Positions 21,748 through 31,333 of a stretch of DNA of 64,000 nt are shown here, one piece after another. The notes beneath the pieces are model-generated. The model did not search any database and had not been told where the DNA came from. It saw only the letters and a program-made list of their open reading frames with translations. The translations under genes and the position numbers were made by a program. The stretch comes from an uncultured Candidatus Rokubacteria bacterium (lineage in GTDB: Bacteria; Methylomirabilota; Methylomirabilia; Rokubacteriales; CSP1-6), in the NCBI GenBank assembly GCA_963747235.1, contig CAVVEU010000005.1:32001-96000 (forward strand). The letters run 5' to 3'. How positions within the stretch are numbered: position 1 is the stretch's first letter; each line of letters begins with the position of its first letter.

Positions 21748-22902
21748 ATGTCGTTGCCGACACTCACCGACGAGCACGAGATGCTCCGCCGGACGGTCCG
21801 CGCCTTCGTGGAGAAGGAGGTCGCGCCCCAGGTGGACGCCTGGGAGGAAGCCGGGCGGATCCCGCGCGCGTTCTGGCGGCGGCTCGGCGAGCTGGGCCTC
21901 CTCGGGCTCGAGTTCCCCACCGAGTACGGCGGCGCGGGCGGCGATTTTCTCTCCAGCGTGGTGCTGGGCGAGGAGATGGCCCGCTGCCGGTCCGGCGGCG
22001 TGGCCTTCAGCGTGCTGGTGCACACCGACATGTCCTCGCCCTGGCTCACCCGCTACGGTACCGACGCGCAGAAGCGGCGGTATCTGCCGGGCATCGTGAG
22101 CGGCGAGACGGTGTGCGCCCTCGGGATCACCGAGCCGGGCTCCGGCTCCGACATGGCGAGCATCACGACGCGGGCGGTACGCGACGGCGACAATTACAAG
22201 CTGACCGGGAGCAAGATCTTCATCACCAACGGCGTCTACGGCGATCTCTACTTCGTCGCCGCGCGGACCAGCCCCGGCACCGCGGAGCGCCGCCACGCCG
22301 GCATCTCGATGTTCCTCGTCGAGCGGGACACGCCCGGCTTCACGGTGAGCCGTCGGCTCGACAAGATGGGCATGCGCGCCTCCGACACCGCGGAGCTGTC
22401 GCTGCAGGATTGCCCGGTGCCCGCGGAGAACCTGCTGGGCGAGGAAGGCCGCGGCTTCCACCAGCTCGCGGCGGGGTTGCAGCGGGAGCGCATCATGGCC
22501 GCGGTGCTCGCGCTCTCCGGCGCGGCGCAGGCCCTCGAGGACACGCTCGCGTACGTGCGCGAGCGGCACGCCTTCGGCGAGCCCCTCGCGGCCAAGCAGG
22601 CACTGCGGCACCGGGTGGCCGACATGGCCACCGAGATCGAGGCGGCGCGCCATCTCGTCCACCACGCGGCGGCGCTCTACACCGCCGGCCGCGACTGCGT
22701 CACCGAGGTCTCGATGGCGAAGCTCTTCGCCACCGAGGTGGCCAACCGCGTCGCCTACCAGGCGGTGCAGCTCCACGGCGGCTACGGCTACATGAGCGAG
22801 TTCCCGGTCGAGCGCTTCTTCCGCGACGTGCGCCTGTGGACCATCGCCTCCGGCACCTCCGAGATCATGCGCGAGATCGTCGCGAAGCGGCTCCTCTCGT
22901 GA
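21748..22902 (+). CDS. Acyl-CoA dehydrogenase
   Basis: [47 protein letters not shown]. Confidence 0.93.
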   Translation: MSLPTLTDEHEMLRRTVRAFVEKEVAPQVDAWEEAGRIPRAFWRRLGELGLLGLEFPTEYGGAGGDFLSSVVLGEEMARCRSGGVAFSVLVHTDMSSPWLTRYGTDAQKRRYLPGIVSGETVCALGITEPGSGSDMASITTRAVRDGDNYKLTGSKIFITNGVYGDLYFVAARTSPGTAERRHAGISMFLVERDTPGFTVSRRLDKMGMRASDTAELSLQDCPVPAENLLGEEGRGFHQLAAGLQRERIMAAVLALSGAAQALEDTLAYVRERHAFGEPLAAKQALRHRVADMATEIEAARHLVHHAAALYTAGRDCVTEVSMAKLFATEVANRVAYQAVQLHGGYGYMSEFPVERFFRDVRLWTIASGTSEIMREIVAKRLLS

Positions 22903-23656
22903 CCGACGCTCCCGCCGCCAGCCTGACCGCGGAGGGCCCGGTGGCCCGGCTCACGCTCGAGCGACCGCAGGCCCGCAACGCGCTCAGCCGCGCGATGGCG
23001 GATGCGCTCGACGCGGCGCTCGAGCGCCTGGCCACGATGGACGGAGACGCGCGCGGTGGTGGTGGCCGGCCGCGGGCGGTCCTTCTGCGCGGGCGCCGAC
23101 ATCAGCGAGATGCCGACGCTGGCGCCCGCGGAGGCGGAAGGCGCTGGCCGGGCGCTGGCAGCGCATCATGGACGGCTTCGCGGCCCTGCCCCAGGTCACG
23201 ATCGCGGCGGTGCAGGGCCACGCCCTGGGCGGCGGGCTCATGCTCGCGATCGCCCAGGACCTGCGCGTGGCCGAGGCTTCCGCGCGCTTCGGGCTGCCCG
23301 AGGTCACGCTCGGCTTCAATCCGGGCTACGGCATCGCGCGGCTGCTCGACATCGCGGGCGGCGCCCACGCGCGCGATCTCATGCTCACCGCCCGGACCGT
23401 GGACGCGGCCGAGGCGCACCGCATGGGCCTGGTCACCCGCGTGGTGGCGGACGGCGCGCTCGAGGCCGCCGCGCTCGAGCTGGCGCAGCAGGTCGCGCGC
23501 TCGCCGCGGGGCGGGCTGGCCGCGACCAAGGCCATCACCGCCGACCTCCGCGCGGGCCGGGCGGGCGCCGAGCCCCGCGCCTACGGCGCGCTCCGGGCCG
23601 CCCCCGACGCGCAGGCGCGCATCGCGGCCTTCCTGAATCGCCGCCGGATCTCCTAG
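22899..23656 (+). CDS. Enoyl-CoA hydratase/isomerase; frameshifts near 23045 and 23140
   Basis: RLTLERPQARNAL, SFCAGADI, AAVQGHALGGG, FGLPEVTLG. Confidence 0.88.
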
Positions 23657-23683
23657 AGAAGCCCCGAGCCAGAAAGGACACGT

Positions 23684-24718
23684 ATGGCCGCCACGCTTCC
23701 GCTCCTCTACACCCACGTGATGGGCAGCCACGGCTTCCCGTCGTGGTTCTGGACCGCGCTCGACAAGATCAAGGCGGGCGAGTACGGGCAGACCGACGTG
23801 CGCGAGACCTTCGACGACGCGACCCAGCTCGCGATCCGCGACCAGGAGCGCGCGGGCATCGACGTGCTCTGCGACGGCGAGATGCGCCGCTACTTCTTCG
23901 TGCAGACGTTCTACGGCCGCATGGAGGGCCTCGAGACGCTCGAGCCGCTGCGCAAGACCGGCCTCTACGCCTACGACAGCGTGCCGCGCTACCGCGCCAC
24001 CCGCAAGGTCACGGTGCCGAAGGGCCTCGGCACCGTGGACGAGTTCAAGTACCTGGTCACCCAGACCGACAAGCCGGTGAAGGCCACCTGCCCCGGGCCG
24101 GTGACGCTCTCGATCCACATCCAGACGCGGCCCGGCGACGCCTACGACGGAGACCGCCTCGCGCTCTGCTGGGATCTCGTGCCCGCGGTCAACGCCGAAC
24201 TGAAGGCGCTGGTCGCCGCCGGGGCGACGTGGATCCAGGTGGACGAGCCCTCCGCCGCCATCGTGCCCGGCCAGGCCGCCGAGTACGTGAAGATGTTCAA
24301 CGCCTGCGTCGAGGGCGTGAAGGCCCGGATCGGCTACCACGTCTGCTTCGGCAATCTCCTGTCGCGGCCGCGCGGCAAGCGGTCGTATCGGTGGATGTTC
24401 CCGATGCTGCTCGAGACCCGCTGCGACCAGTTCGTGTTCGAGTACGCCAACCGGGAGATGGCCGAGATCGAGATGTGGAAGGAGATCGGGGTGGACCGCG
24501 ACGTGGCCTGCGGGGTGGTTGACGTGAAGAGCTTCTACATGGAAACTCCCGAGGACATCGCGGAGCGGGTGGCCCTGTGCCTCCGATCCATCCCGGCGGA
24601 GCGGCTGTCGCTCCTGCCGGACTGCGGCTTCTTCCCGGTCCCGCGCTGGGTGGCGTTCGAGAAGCTCAAGCGTCTCACCGCCGGCGTGGCGCTGGCGCGC
24701 AAGCGGCTGCAGGGCTAG
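23684..24718 (+). CDS. Catalytic-domain-only MetE-like Zn enzyme (core methionine synthase / epoxyalkane:CoM transferase family), copy 1
   Basis: DQERAGIDVLCDGEMRR, IQVDEP, Zn ligands HVC, FEY and PDCG. At 344 aa it lacks the N-terminal folate-binding barrel. Confidence 0.88.
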   Translation: MAATLPLLYTHVMGSHGFPSWFWTALDKIKAGEYGQTDVRETFDDATQLAIRDQERAGIDVLCDGEMRRYFFVQTFYGRMEGLETLEPLRKTGLYAYDSVPRYRATRKVTVPKGLGTVDEFKYLVTQTDKPVKATCPGPVTLSIHIQTRPGDAYDGDRLALCWDLVPAVNAELKALVAAGATWIQVDEPSAAIVPGQAAEYVKMFNACVEGVKARIGYHVCFGNLLSRPRGKRSYRWMFPMLLETRCDQFVFEYANREMAEIEMWKEIGVDRDVACGVVDVKSFYMETPEDIAERVALCLRSIPAERLSLLPDCGFFPVPRWVAFEKLKRLTAGVALARKRLQG

Positions 24719-24733
24719 GACCAATCACTCTCA

Positions 24734-24779
24734 CAGAGGAGAGCCTCATGGCAACCGCAGAGGAGAGCCTCACGGCAAC
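24734..24779 (+). repeat. Tandem duplication (24-nt period) of the RBS plus start codon of the Liv-type SBP gene
   Basis: CAGAGGAGAGCCTCATGGCAAC (24734-24755) and CAGAGGAGAGCCTCACGGCAAC (24758-24779). Confidence 0.8.
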
Positions 24780-26052
24780 GACGAGACGCGAGTTCCTGAC
24801 CATGGTGGGCGGGGCGGCCGCGGCGGGCGCGGTGGCCGCGCCGGTGGTGGCGCGGGCGCAGGCGAAGAAGGGCGTGCCCACGGATCCGGTCAAGATCGGC
24901 GTGGTCGCCATCCGGGCCGGCATCGCGGCGCCGGTGGGGACCGCCGGGCTCCGCGGCACCGAGTGGTGGGCCGAGCGGGTGAACAAGGCGGGTGGCATCC
25001 TGGGCCGCAAGGTCGAGCTCGTGGTGGAGGAGGAATCCACCCCCAAGGACACCGTCGAGCGCTACCGCAAGCTCATCCTGCAGGACAAGGTCGAGGTCGT
25101 GCTGGGCGGCATCTCCACCGGCGTGACGCTGGCGCTGGCCCCGGTGGCCGAGGACCTGGCCACGCCGTGGCTCTCGTGGGACGGCACCACGCAGAAGGGC
25201 GTGGACGAGACCATGCCCAATCCCAAGTGGGCCTTCCGCAGCGTGGACAACGAGGTCGAGGCGATCGTGGCGGGCCAGCTCACCCCCAAGTACTTCAAGG
25301 GCATCAAGACGGTGGCGGGCATCGGCAACGACTACTCCTACGGCCACGACTGCTGGCAGACCTACCAGGCGGTGCTCAAGCGCTACATCCCGGACGTGAA
25401 GTTCGTGCTCGAGCTGTTTCCCAAGCTCGGGGTCACCGACTTCACCTCGCACATCGCGGCGATCCAGCAGTCGAAGGCGGATCTGCTGATGTGCTCGTTC
25501 TGGTCGGGCGACGCCACCATCATCATGAAGCAGGCGGCCGCGGTGGGCCTCTTCAAGACGATGAAGGGCGTGTTCACGACCGCGGGCGGCGTGCACGACT
25601 CGCTCAAGAAGGAGTTCACCCCCGAGGGGCTCCTGCTCGGCTACAACTCGATGTACTTCGACGATCCCAAGGGCAGCGCGCTGCTCAAGCAGTTCGTCCG
25701 CGAGTACAAGGCCAAGTACAACGAGTACCCGCCCTACGAGTGCGATCACGGCTACTTCTGCGCCGAGTCCTACAAGGCGGCGGTGGAGAAGGCCTACGCC
25801 TCGGCCGGCCAGTGGCCGTCCAAGGAGCAGACGGTGAAGGCGCTCGAGGGCATCGAGGTCGAGTCGCTCTCCGGCAAGCGGAGCTGGCGCGAGGATCACA
25901 TCCAGATGTGCAACTTCTACCAGGGCGTCACCACCCACAAGAACGCCTACGACTTCGTGACCGTCAACCCGCTCGAGGTCGTCTCCACCAAGCAGGGCAT
26001 GAAGCCGGCCGGCGCCAAGCTGATGGACTGGATCGCGGGCTGGAAGATCTGA
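24748..26052 (+). CDS. Branched-chain amino acid (Liv/HAAT) family ABC substrate-binding protein with Tat signal
   Basis: TRREFL Tat motif, VKIGV, NKAGGILGRKVEL, DYSYGHD; upstream of livHMGF-like genes. Confidence 0.9.
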   Translation: MATAEESLTATTRREFLTMVGGAAAAGAVAAPVVARAQAKKGVPTDPVKIGVVAIRAGIAAPVGTAGLRGTEWWAERVNKAGGILGRKVELVVEEESTPKDTVERYRKLILQDKVEVVLGGISTGVTLALAPVAEDLATPWLSWDGTTQKGVDETMPNPKWAFRSVDNEVEAIVAGQLTPKYFKGIKTVAGIGNDYSYGHDCWQTYQAVLKRYIPDVKFVLELFPKLGVTDFTSHIAAIQQSKADLLMCSFWSGDATIIMKQAAAVGLFKTMKGVFTTAGGVHDSLKKEFTPEGLLLGYNSMYFDDPKGSALLKQFVREYKAKYNEYPPYECDHGYFCAESYKAAVEKAYASAGQWPSKEQTVKALEGIEVESLSGKRSWREDHIQMCNFYQGVTTHKNAYDFVTVNPLEVVSTKQGMKPAGAKLMDWIAGWKI

Positions 26053-26053
26053 G

Positions 26054-26110
26054 CCCCCCCACCCTCCCTCCCCCTCGGGAGAGGCCGGTCCCCCCTCTCC
26101 GCGAGAGGGC
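26054..26110. repeat. Degenerate BoxC-like palindromes after the SBP gene
   Basis: CCCCCCACCCTCCCTCCCCCTCGGGAGAGG...CCCTCTCCGCGAGAGGG. Confidence 0.55.
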
Positions 26111-26114
26111 GCGT

Positions 26115-27106
26115 ATGGCCGCCGCGCCTTCCTGGCTCTGCTCACAACCGGCGTCGTCACCCTGCCGCGTCCCGCCGGCGCGCAGCCGGCGGGGCGCGTC
26201 TACCGTCTGGGCATCCTCGCGCCCACCGCCGCGCCGCCACCGTCGGAGCAGAACGTGGCCGTGATCCTGATCCCGAAGGCCCTGCGGAACATGGGCTATG
26301 CGCCGGGCCGCGATCTCGTGGTCGACGTGCGCTACGCCGAGGGGCAACTCGACCGGCTCCCCGGCGCTGGCGCGCGACCTGGTCCGGCTCCGGATGGACG
26401 TCATCGTGGCGATCAGCGCGGCCGCCGCACGGGCGGTCAAGGCGGCGACGACCACGATCCCGATCGTCCTGTACGGGAACCTCGACCCGGTCGCGGCCGG
26501 GCTCGTCAAGAGCCTCGCCAAGCCCGAGGGCAACGTCACCGGCGTCCTGATCGCGCCCGCCGGAACCCTGGCGGCCAAGAAGCTGGAGCTCCTCAAGGAA
26601 GCGGTCCCCGGGGCCGACCCGGATCGCCTTCCTCGCCCCCTCGGATCCCGGCATCAGGCTCCAGGTGCAGGAGACACGGCAGGCCGCGGCGACGCTCGGC
26701 ATCAAGCTCGCCGTCACCGAGGTCCAGGCCGGCGACTACGAGCGCGCCTTCGCCGCGCTGACGCCGAGCGGCCCGAGGCCCTCTTCGTCGGCGCGCACAC
26801 CTTCTTCGTCCGCGACCGGAAGCGGATCATCGCGCTCGCCGCCAAGCACCGTCTGCCCGCGATGTACGAATGGCCGGAGCAGGTCGAGGACGGCGGTCTG
26901 ATGTCCTACGGCAGCAGCCTCCCCGGAACCACCCGGCGGGTCGCCGAGTCTACGTGGACCGGCTCTTCAAGGGCGCCCGGCCCGGCGACCTGCCGGTCGA
27001 GCAGCCCGCCGAGTTCCAGCTCGTGATCAACCTCCGCACCGCCCGGGCCCTCGGGCTCGCCATCCCGCCGGCGCTCGTCGCGCGGGCCGATCGCGTCATC
27101 GAGTAG
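26115..27106 (+). pseudogene. ABC_sub_bind (PF04392-like) substrate-binding protein with at least 4 frameshifts; pseudogene or error-rich sequence
   Basis: Pieces in different frames: [108 protein letters not shown]. Confidence 0.8.
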
Positions 27107-27122
27107 CCGGAACGCTCTTCGC

Positions 27123-28010
27123 TTGACCGCGAACGTCGTCAACATCCTGATGAGCGGCATCTTCCACGCCGCCATCCTGTTCCTGGTCTCGGCGGGGCTG
27201 CAGCTCGTCTTCGGCGTGCAGAAGATCTTCAACCTCGCGTGCGGGTCGTTCTACGCCCTCGGCGCCTACGTGGGGGTCTCCGCGGTCGCCGCGTTCACGA
27301 CCGCGGGCGGGCCACCGTTCCTCTTCATCGTGCCGCTCGCGCTCGCGGGCATCCTGGTCGGCTCGGTGGGCCTCGTGGTGGAGCGCGGGCTGCTCCGCTT
27401 CGTCTACGACCGCGACGAGACCTTCCAGCTCCTGCTCACCTTCGCGCTCGTCCTCATGATGGAGGACGCGATCCGCCTCACCTGGGGCACCGCGCCCCAG
27501 TCGACCTCCGGGCACTACCTGCTCTACGGCCAGGCCCGGGTGCTGGGCGCCGTGATCCCCGTCTATAACTTGATCGTCATCGCGGCCAGCGTGCTGATCG
27601 CGGCGGGCCTCGGCTTCATGCTGACCCGCACCGCGTTCGGCCGCATCATCCGGGCCGCCGCCGACAACCGCGAGATGGCCGAGGCGCTCGGGGTGGACAT
27701 GCGCGGCGTCTACGCCCGGGTCTTCACCCTCGGCACCGCGCTCGGCACGCTCGGGGGCGCGCTCGTCATCCCGGCCACCGCGGCGATGAGCGAGATGGGC
27801 ATCGAGCTGATCGTCGAGGCCTTCGCGGTGGTGGTGATCGGCGGGCTCGGCAGCATGCGCGGCGCGCTGGTGGGCGCCCTCGTGGTCGGCGTGCTCCGCT
27901 CGGTGGCGATCAGCGTGTATCCCGAGATCGAGATGCTCCTGATCTACCTGATCGTGATCGCGGTGCTGCTCCTGCGCCCCCGTGGGCTCTTCGGCGGAGC
28001 GGCCGCGTGA
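27123..28010 (+). CDS. livH: Branched-chain amino acid ABC permease, LivH family
   Basis: Hydrophobic; AGLQLVFGV..IFNLA, RTAFGRIIRA..NREMA.ALGV, AFAVVVIGGLGS. Confidence 0.9.
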   Translation: MTANVVNILMSGIFHAAILFLVSAGLQLVFGVQKIFNLACGSFYALGAYVGVSAVAAFTTAGGPPFLFIVPLALAGILVGSVGLVVERGLLRFVYDRDETFQLLLTFALVLMMEDAIRLTWGTAPQSTSGHYLLYGQARVLGAVIPVYNLIVIAASVLIAAGLGFMLTRTAFGRIIRAAADNREMAEALGVDMRGVYARVFTLGTALGTLGGALVIPATAAMSEMGIELIVEAFAVVVIGGLGSMRGALVGALVVGVLRSVAISVYPEIEMLLIYLIVIAVLLLRPRGLFGGAAA

Positions 28011-28948
28011 AGGGGCGCGTGGTCCTGGGCCTGGCGCTCCTGGCGCTGCTCGTCCTGCCGCTCGTGCTGAGCCCCTACCGCCTGCTGCTCATGCTGCCGT
28101 TCATGGCCTACGGGGTGATCCTGCTCGGGCTCAACCTGCTCTTCGGCTACACCGGCCTCGTCTCCTTCGGCCACGCGCTCTTCGTGGGCATCGGGGCCTA
28201 CACCGGCGCCTTCCTCACCACCCACGCGGGCATCCGCTCGCTGGAGGTGATCGTGCTCGCCGCCGCGATCCTGGGCGCGCTCGCCGCCGCCCTGGTCGGC
28301 CTCCTCTGCGTGCGCTACGTGAAGATCTACTTCGGCATGCTCACGCTCGCCTTCGGCATGGTCTTCTACACCTTCCTGCTCAAGTTCTACCGGCTCACCG
28401 GCGGCGACGAGGGCATGCAGGTGCTGCGGCCGCTCCTGCTCGGGTTCAACCTGGACGCGATGCCGAAGACCACCTACCTGGTCGGCCCGTACTATTACTA
28501 CTGCCTGGGCGTGCTGGTGGTGGCCGCCGCGGTCATGTGGCGGATCGTGCACTCGCCCTTCGGCCTCTGCCTGCGCACGATCCGCGACAATCCGATGAAG
28601 GCGGAAGCGCTCGGAGTGAGCGTGACGCGCTATCGCTGGTACGCCTTCGTCATCTCGGCGGTGTTCGCGGCGGTGGGCGGCGCGCTCCTCGGTCCGCCCA
28701 CCGGCAACGTGGATCCGACACTGGCCTACTGGACCCACTCGGGCAATCTCGTGTTCATGGCCCTGCTGGGCGGCTTCGCGAGCTTCTTCGGCCCGGTGCT
28801 GGGCGCCTTCGTGTTCATCTTCCTGCAGGACACGGTGATGTCGGTGGTGCCCTACTGGCGGCTCGTCTTCGGCGCCATCCTGGCCATCATCGTGATCTTC
28901 GCCCCGGGCGGGCTCATGGGCTTCTTCGTGAGGCCGCGGCCGTCGTGA
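28007..28948 (+). CDS. livM: Branched-chain amino acid ABC permease, LivM family
   Basis: LNLLFGYTGLVSFGHA, YFGMLTLAF, TGGDEG, SPFGLCLRTIRDN, PGGLMG. Confidence 0.9.
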   Translation: MKGRVVLGLALLALLVLPLVLSPYRLLLMLPFMAYGVILLGLNLLFGYTGLVSFGHALFVGIGAYTGAFLTTHAGIRSLEVIVLAAAILGALAAALVGLLCVRYVKIYFGMLTLAFGMVFYTFLLKFYRLTGGDEGMQVLRPLLLGFNLDAMPKTTYLVGPYYYYCLGVLVVAAAVMWRIVHSPFGLCLRTIRDNPMKAEALGVSVTRYRWYAFVISAVFAAVGGALLGPPTGNVDPTLAYWTHSGNLVFMALLGGFASFFGPVLGAFVFIFLQDTVMSVVPYWRLVFGAILAIIVIFAPGGLMGFFVRPRPS

Positions 28949-29742
28949 CCGGCGAGGCCATTCTCGAGGCGCGCGACGTCCGCAAGCTCTACGGCGATTT
29001 CGTCGCGCTCGACGGGGTGAGCCTCGCGGTGGGCGCGGGCGAGTTCGTCTCCATCATCGGCCCCAACGGCGCGGGCAAGTCCACGCTCATCAACGTGCTC
29101 ACCGGCGTGCTGCGGCCCACCGCGGGGACGGTGCGCTTCAAGGCGCGCGACGTGGCCGGCATCGGCCCGGTGGCGCTGACCCGGCTCGGCCTCGCCCGGA
29201 GCTTCCAGCTCGTGCAGATCTTCCCCGACCTCACCGTGCTCGAGACCCTGCTGGCCCCGGTCATCTCCCGGCTCGGCCGGGGCACGTCGCTCTTCCGCTC
29301 GCTGGCCGGCGATCGCGAGGTGCAGGACGGCGCGCTCGAGGTGGCGGAGCTCTTCGGGCTGGCCGACAAGCGTCACGTGCCCGCGCGCCAGCTCCCCCAG
29401 GGCGACAAGAAGCTCCTCGACGTGGCCTCCGCCTTCGCCCTCAAGCCGGAGATCATCTTGCTGGATGAGCCCACCAGCGGGGTGAGCACCGCGGAGAAGT
29501 CGGCCATCATGGAGATCCTGGTGACCGCGTCCCGGCGCATGGGCCTCAAGGCGATCATCCAGGTCGAGCACGACATGGATATCGTCTTCGGCTACTCGGA
29601 CCGCATCGTCGCGCTCCACCAGGGGAAGATCCTGGCCGACGCGACGCCCGCCGCGATCCGCGCCGACGCGCGCGTGGTGGACATGGTCATCGGCCGCACC
29701 CACCACATACCCTCTCCCCCTTCGGGGGAGAGGGCAGGGTGA
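28945..29742 (+). CDS. livG: Branched-chain amino acid ABC ATPase, LivG family
   Basis: GPNGAGKST Walker A, GLARSFQ, LLDEPTSG, VEHDM. The stop codon lies inside a BoxC-like repeat. Confidence 0.9.
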   Translation: MTGEAILEARDVRKLYGDFVALDGVSLAVGAGEFVSIIGPNGAGKSTLINVLTGVLRPTAGTVRFKARDVAGIGPVALTRLGLARSFQLVQIFPDLTVLETLLAPVISRLGRGTSLFRSLAGDREVQDGALEVAELFGLADKRHVPARQLPQGDKKLLDVASAFALKPEIILLDEPTSGVSTAEKSAIMEILVTASRRMGLKAIIQVEHDMDIVFGYSDRIVALHQGKILADATPAAIRADARVVDMVIGRTHHIPSPPSGERAG

Positions 29743-29746
29743 GGGG
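29710..29746. repeat. Best-preserved BoxC-like element, overlapping the livG stop and livF RBS
   Basis: CCCTCTCCCCC-TTC-GGGGGAGAGGG perfect 11-bp stem, followed by CAGGGTGAGGG. Confidence 0.75.
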
Positions 29747-29747
29747 G

Positions 29748-30455
29748 ATGCTCAGCGTGGAGAGCATCGACGTCTTCATCCAGTCGAGCCATATCCTGCG
29801 GCAGGTCTCCCTCGAGGTCCGCGACCGCGAGGTGGTCTGCCTGGTGGGCCGCAACGGCGCGGGCAAGACCACCACGCTGCGCGCGATCATGGGGTACCTC
29901 CACCCGCGGGCCGGCCGCATCGTCTTCCAGGGCGAGGCGATCCACGGGCGCCGCACCCACGAGATCGCCCAGCGCGGCGTCGGCTTCGCGCCGGAGGACG
30001 GCGGGATCTTCACGGATCTCACGGTGGCGGAGAACATCGAGATCGCCACCTGGACGCGGCCGGGCGGCCGCCCCGCGGCGGAGCGCGTCGAGCGCGCCTA
30101 CGAGGTGTTCCCGGCGCTGCGGGGCTACCGCCACCGCAAGGGCCCCGAGATGAGCGGCGGCGAGCGGAAGATGCTCTCGGTGGCGCGGGCGCTCGCGCTC
30201 GATCCCCACATGCTGGTGCTCGACGAGCCCTTCGAGGGCCTCTCGCCCGCGATCATCCCGGCGGTCAGCCGCGGCCTCGCCGAGATCACCCAGCGCGGGC
30301 ACGCGATCCTGCTCGCCGAGTCCAATATCCACCACGTGCCCGAGTTCACCACGCGCCTCTACGTGATCGAGCGCGGCGAGATCATCTTCGCGGGGCGCCC
30401 CGACGCGGTCCACGACGACGCGGCGGTCATGCGGATCATCGGCGGGGCGGCGTGA
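29748..30455 (+). CDS. livF: Branched-chain amino acid ABC ATPase, LivF family
   Basis: GRNGAGKTT, MSGGERKML, LDEPFEGLSP. Confidence 0.9.
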   Translation: MLSVESIDVFIQSSHILRQVSLEVRDREVVCLVGRNGAGKTTTLRAIMGYLHPRAGRIVFQGEAIHGRRTHEIAQRGVGFAPEDGGIFTDLTVAENIEIATWTRPGGRPAAERVERAYEVFPALRGYRHRKGPEMSGGERKMLSVARALALDPHMLVLDEPFEGLSPAIIPAVSRGLAEITQRGHAILLAESNIHHVPEFTTRLYVIERGEIIFAGRPDAVHDDAAVMRIIGGAA

Positions 30456-30472
30456 GTGCCGCGACGCGATAC

Positions 30473-31333
30473 TCAGCGCGCGGCGGCGCGGATCTCGTCG
30501 AGGACGGGCAGGATGTAGCGGCGGAAGTGGGCCGGGTTCTCGGCCATCGGGAAATGGCCGATCTCGGTCATGACCGTGAAGCGCGCGCCCGGGATCTTCT
30601 CGGCGGTGAGCCGCGTGTCCTCCGGCGTGCACGAGAAATCGTACTCGCCGGTCAGCAGGTAGAGCGGGCAGCGCCCGGTGTCGATCTGGCCGACTCGATC
30701 GCGGAAGTCGCCGTCCACTCGGTAGAAGTGGAGATCGCCCTTGAACACGCCCGGCCCGCCCTGCATGTAGCCCCAGAGCGTCTCCCAGCGCGTCTCGTCC
30801 GGGCTCTGCGGGGCGATGAGCCCCGACATGAGCGCGCCGCAGAGCTCGCCGCCGTGCACGTCGGGGCGATGGAGCCACCCGGTGTCGTCGTACCAGGGTG
30901 GCTGGTAGGCGGCGGACTCGAGCCCGATCAGGGCGCGGAAGCGCTCGGGGTGCGTCCGCGCCAGCTCGAGCACGATCTTGCCCCCGATCGAGCAGCCGAG
31001 CACCACCGGCCGCTCGAGGCCGAGCGCGGCGCAGAAGGCCAGGATGAGATTCACGTAGCCGCGCGTGGTGAGGCGATACTCCTCGTCCTGCCAGCCCGCC
31101 GGCGGCAGGGACTTGCCGTGCCACGGCATGTCGAAGGCCAGCACGCGGAAGTGGCGGGTGATCGCCTCGTCGTTCAGCAGGTGGCGGAACTGGCGGCCGT
31201 CGGCGCCCGCGGTGTGCAGGCACACGAGCGGGATCCCCTGCCCCGCCTCCTCGAAGTAGAGGCGGTGCGCGCGGCCGTCGAGAGACAGGCGCAGGTACGT
31301 CCCCTTGATCGGCTCGAAGATCGGCTCGGTCAC
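30473..31333 (-). CDS. Alpha/beta hydrolase
   Basis: CLHTAGADG, FDMPWHGKS, GCSIGG nucleophile elbow, GEYD, GHFPMAENP. Confidence 0.88.
   Translation of the reverse strand: MTEPIFEPIKGTYLRLSLDGRAHRLYFEEAGQGIPLVCLHTAGADGRQFRHLLNDEAITRHFRVLAFDMPWHGKSLPPAGWQDEEYRLTTRGYVNLILAFCAALGLERPVVLGCSIGGKIVLELARTHPERFRALIGLESAAYQPPWYDDTGWLHRPDVHGGELCGALMSGLIAPQSPDETRWETLWGYMQGGPGVFKGDLHFYRVDGDFRDRVGQIDTGRCPLYLLTGEYDFSCTPEDTRLTAEKIPGARFTVMTEIGHFPMAENPAHFRRYILPVLDEIRAAAR

Noticed and set aside
23684-24718. Calling the MetE-like genes metE, or treating the two as halves of one split MetE
   Set aside because: Both are complete catalytic-type domains with their own Zn ligands; neither is the N-terminal folate-binding half.
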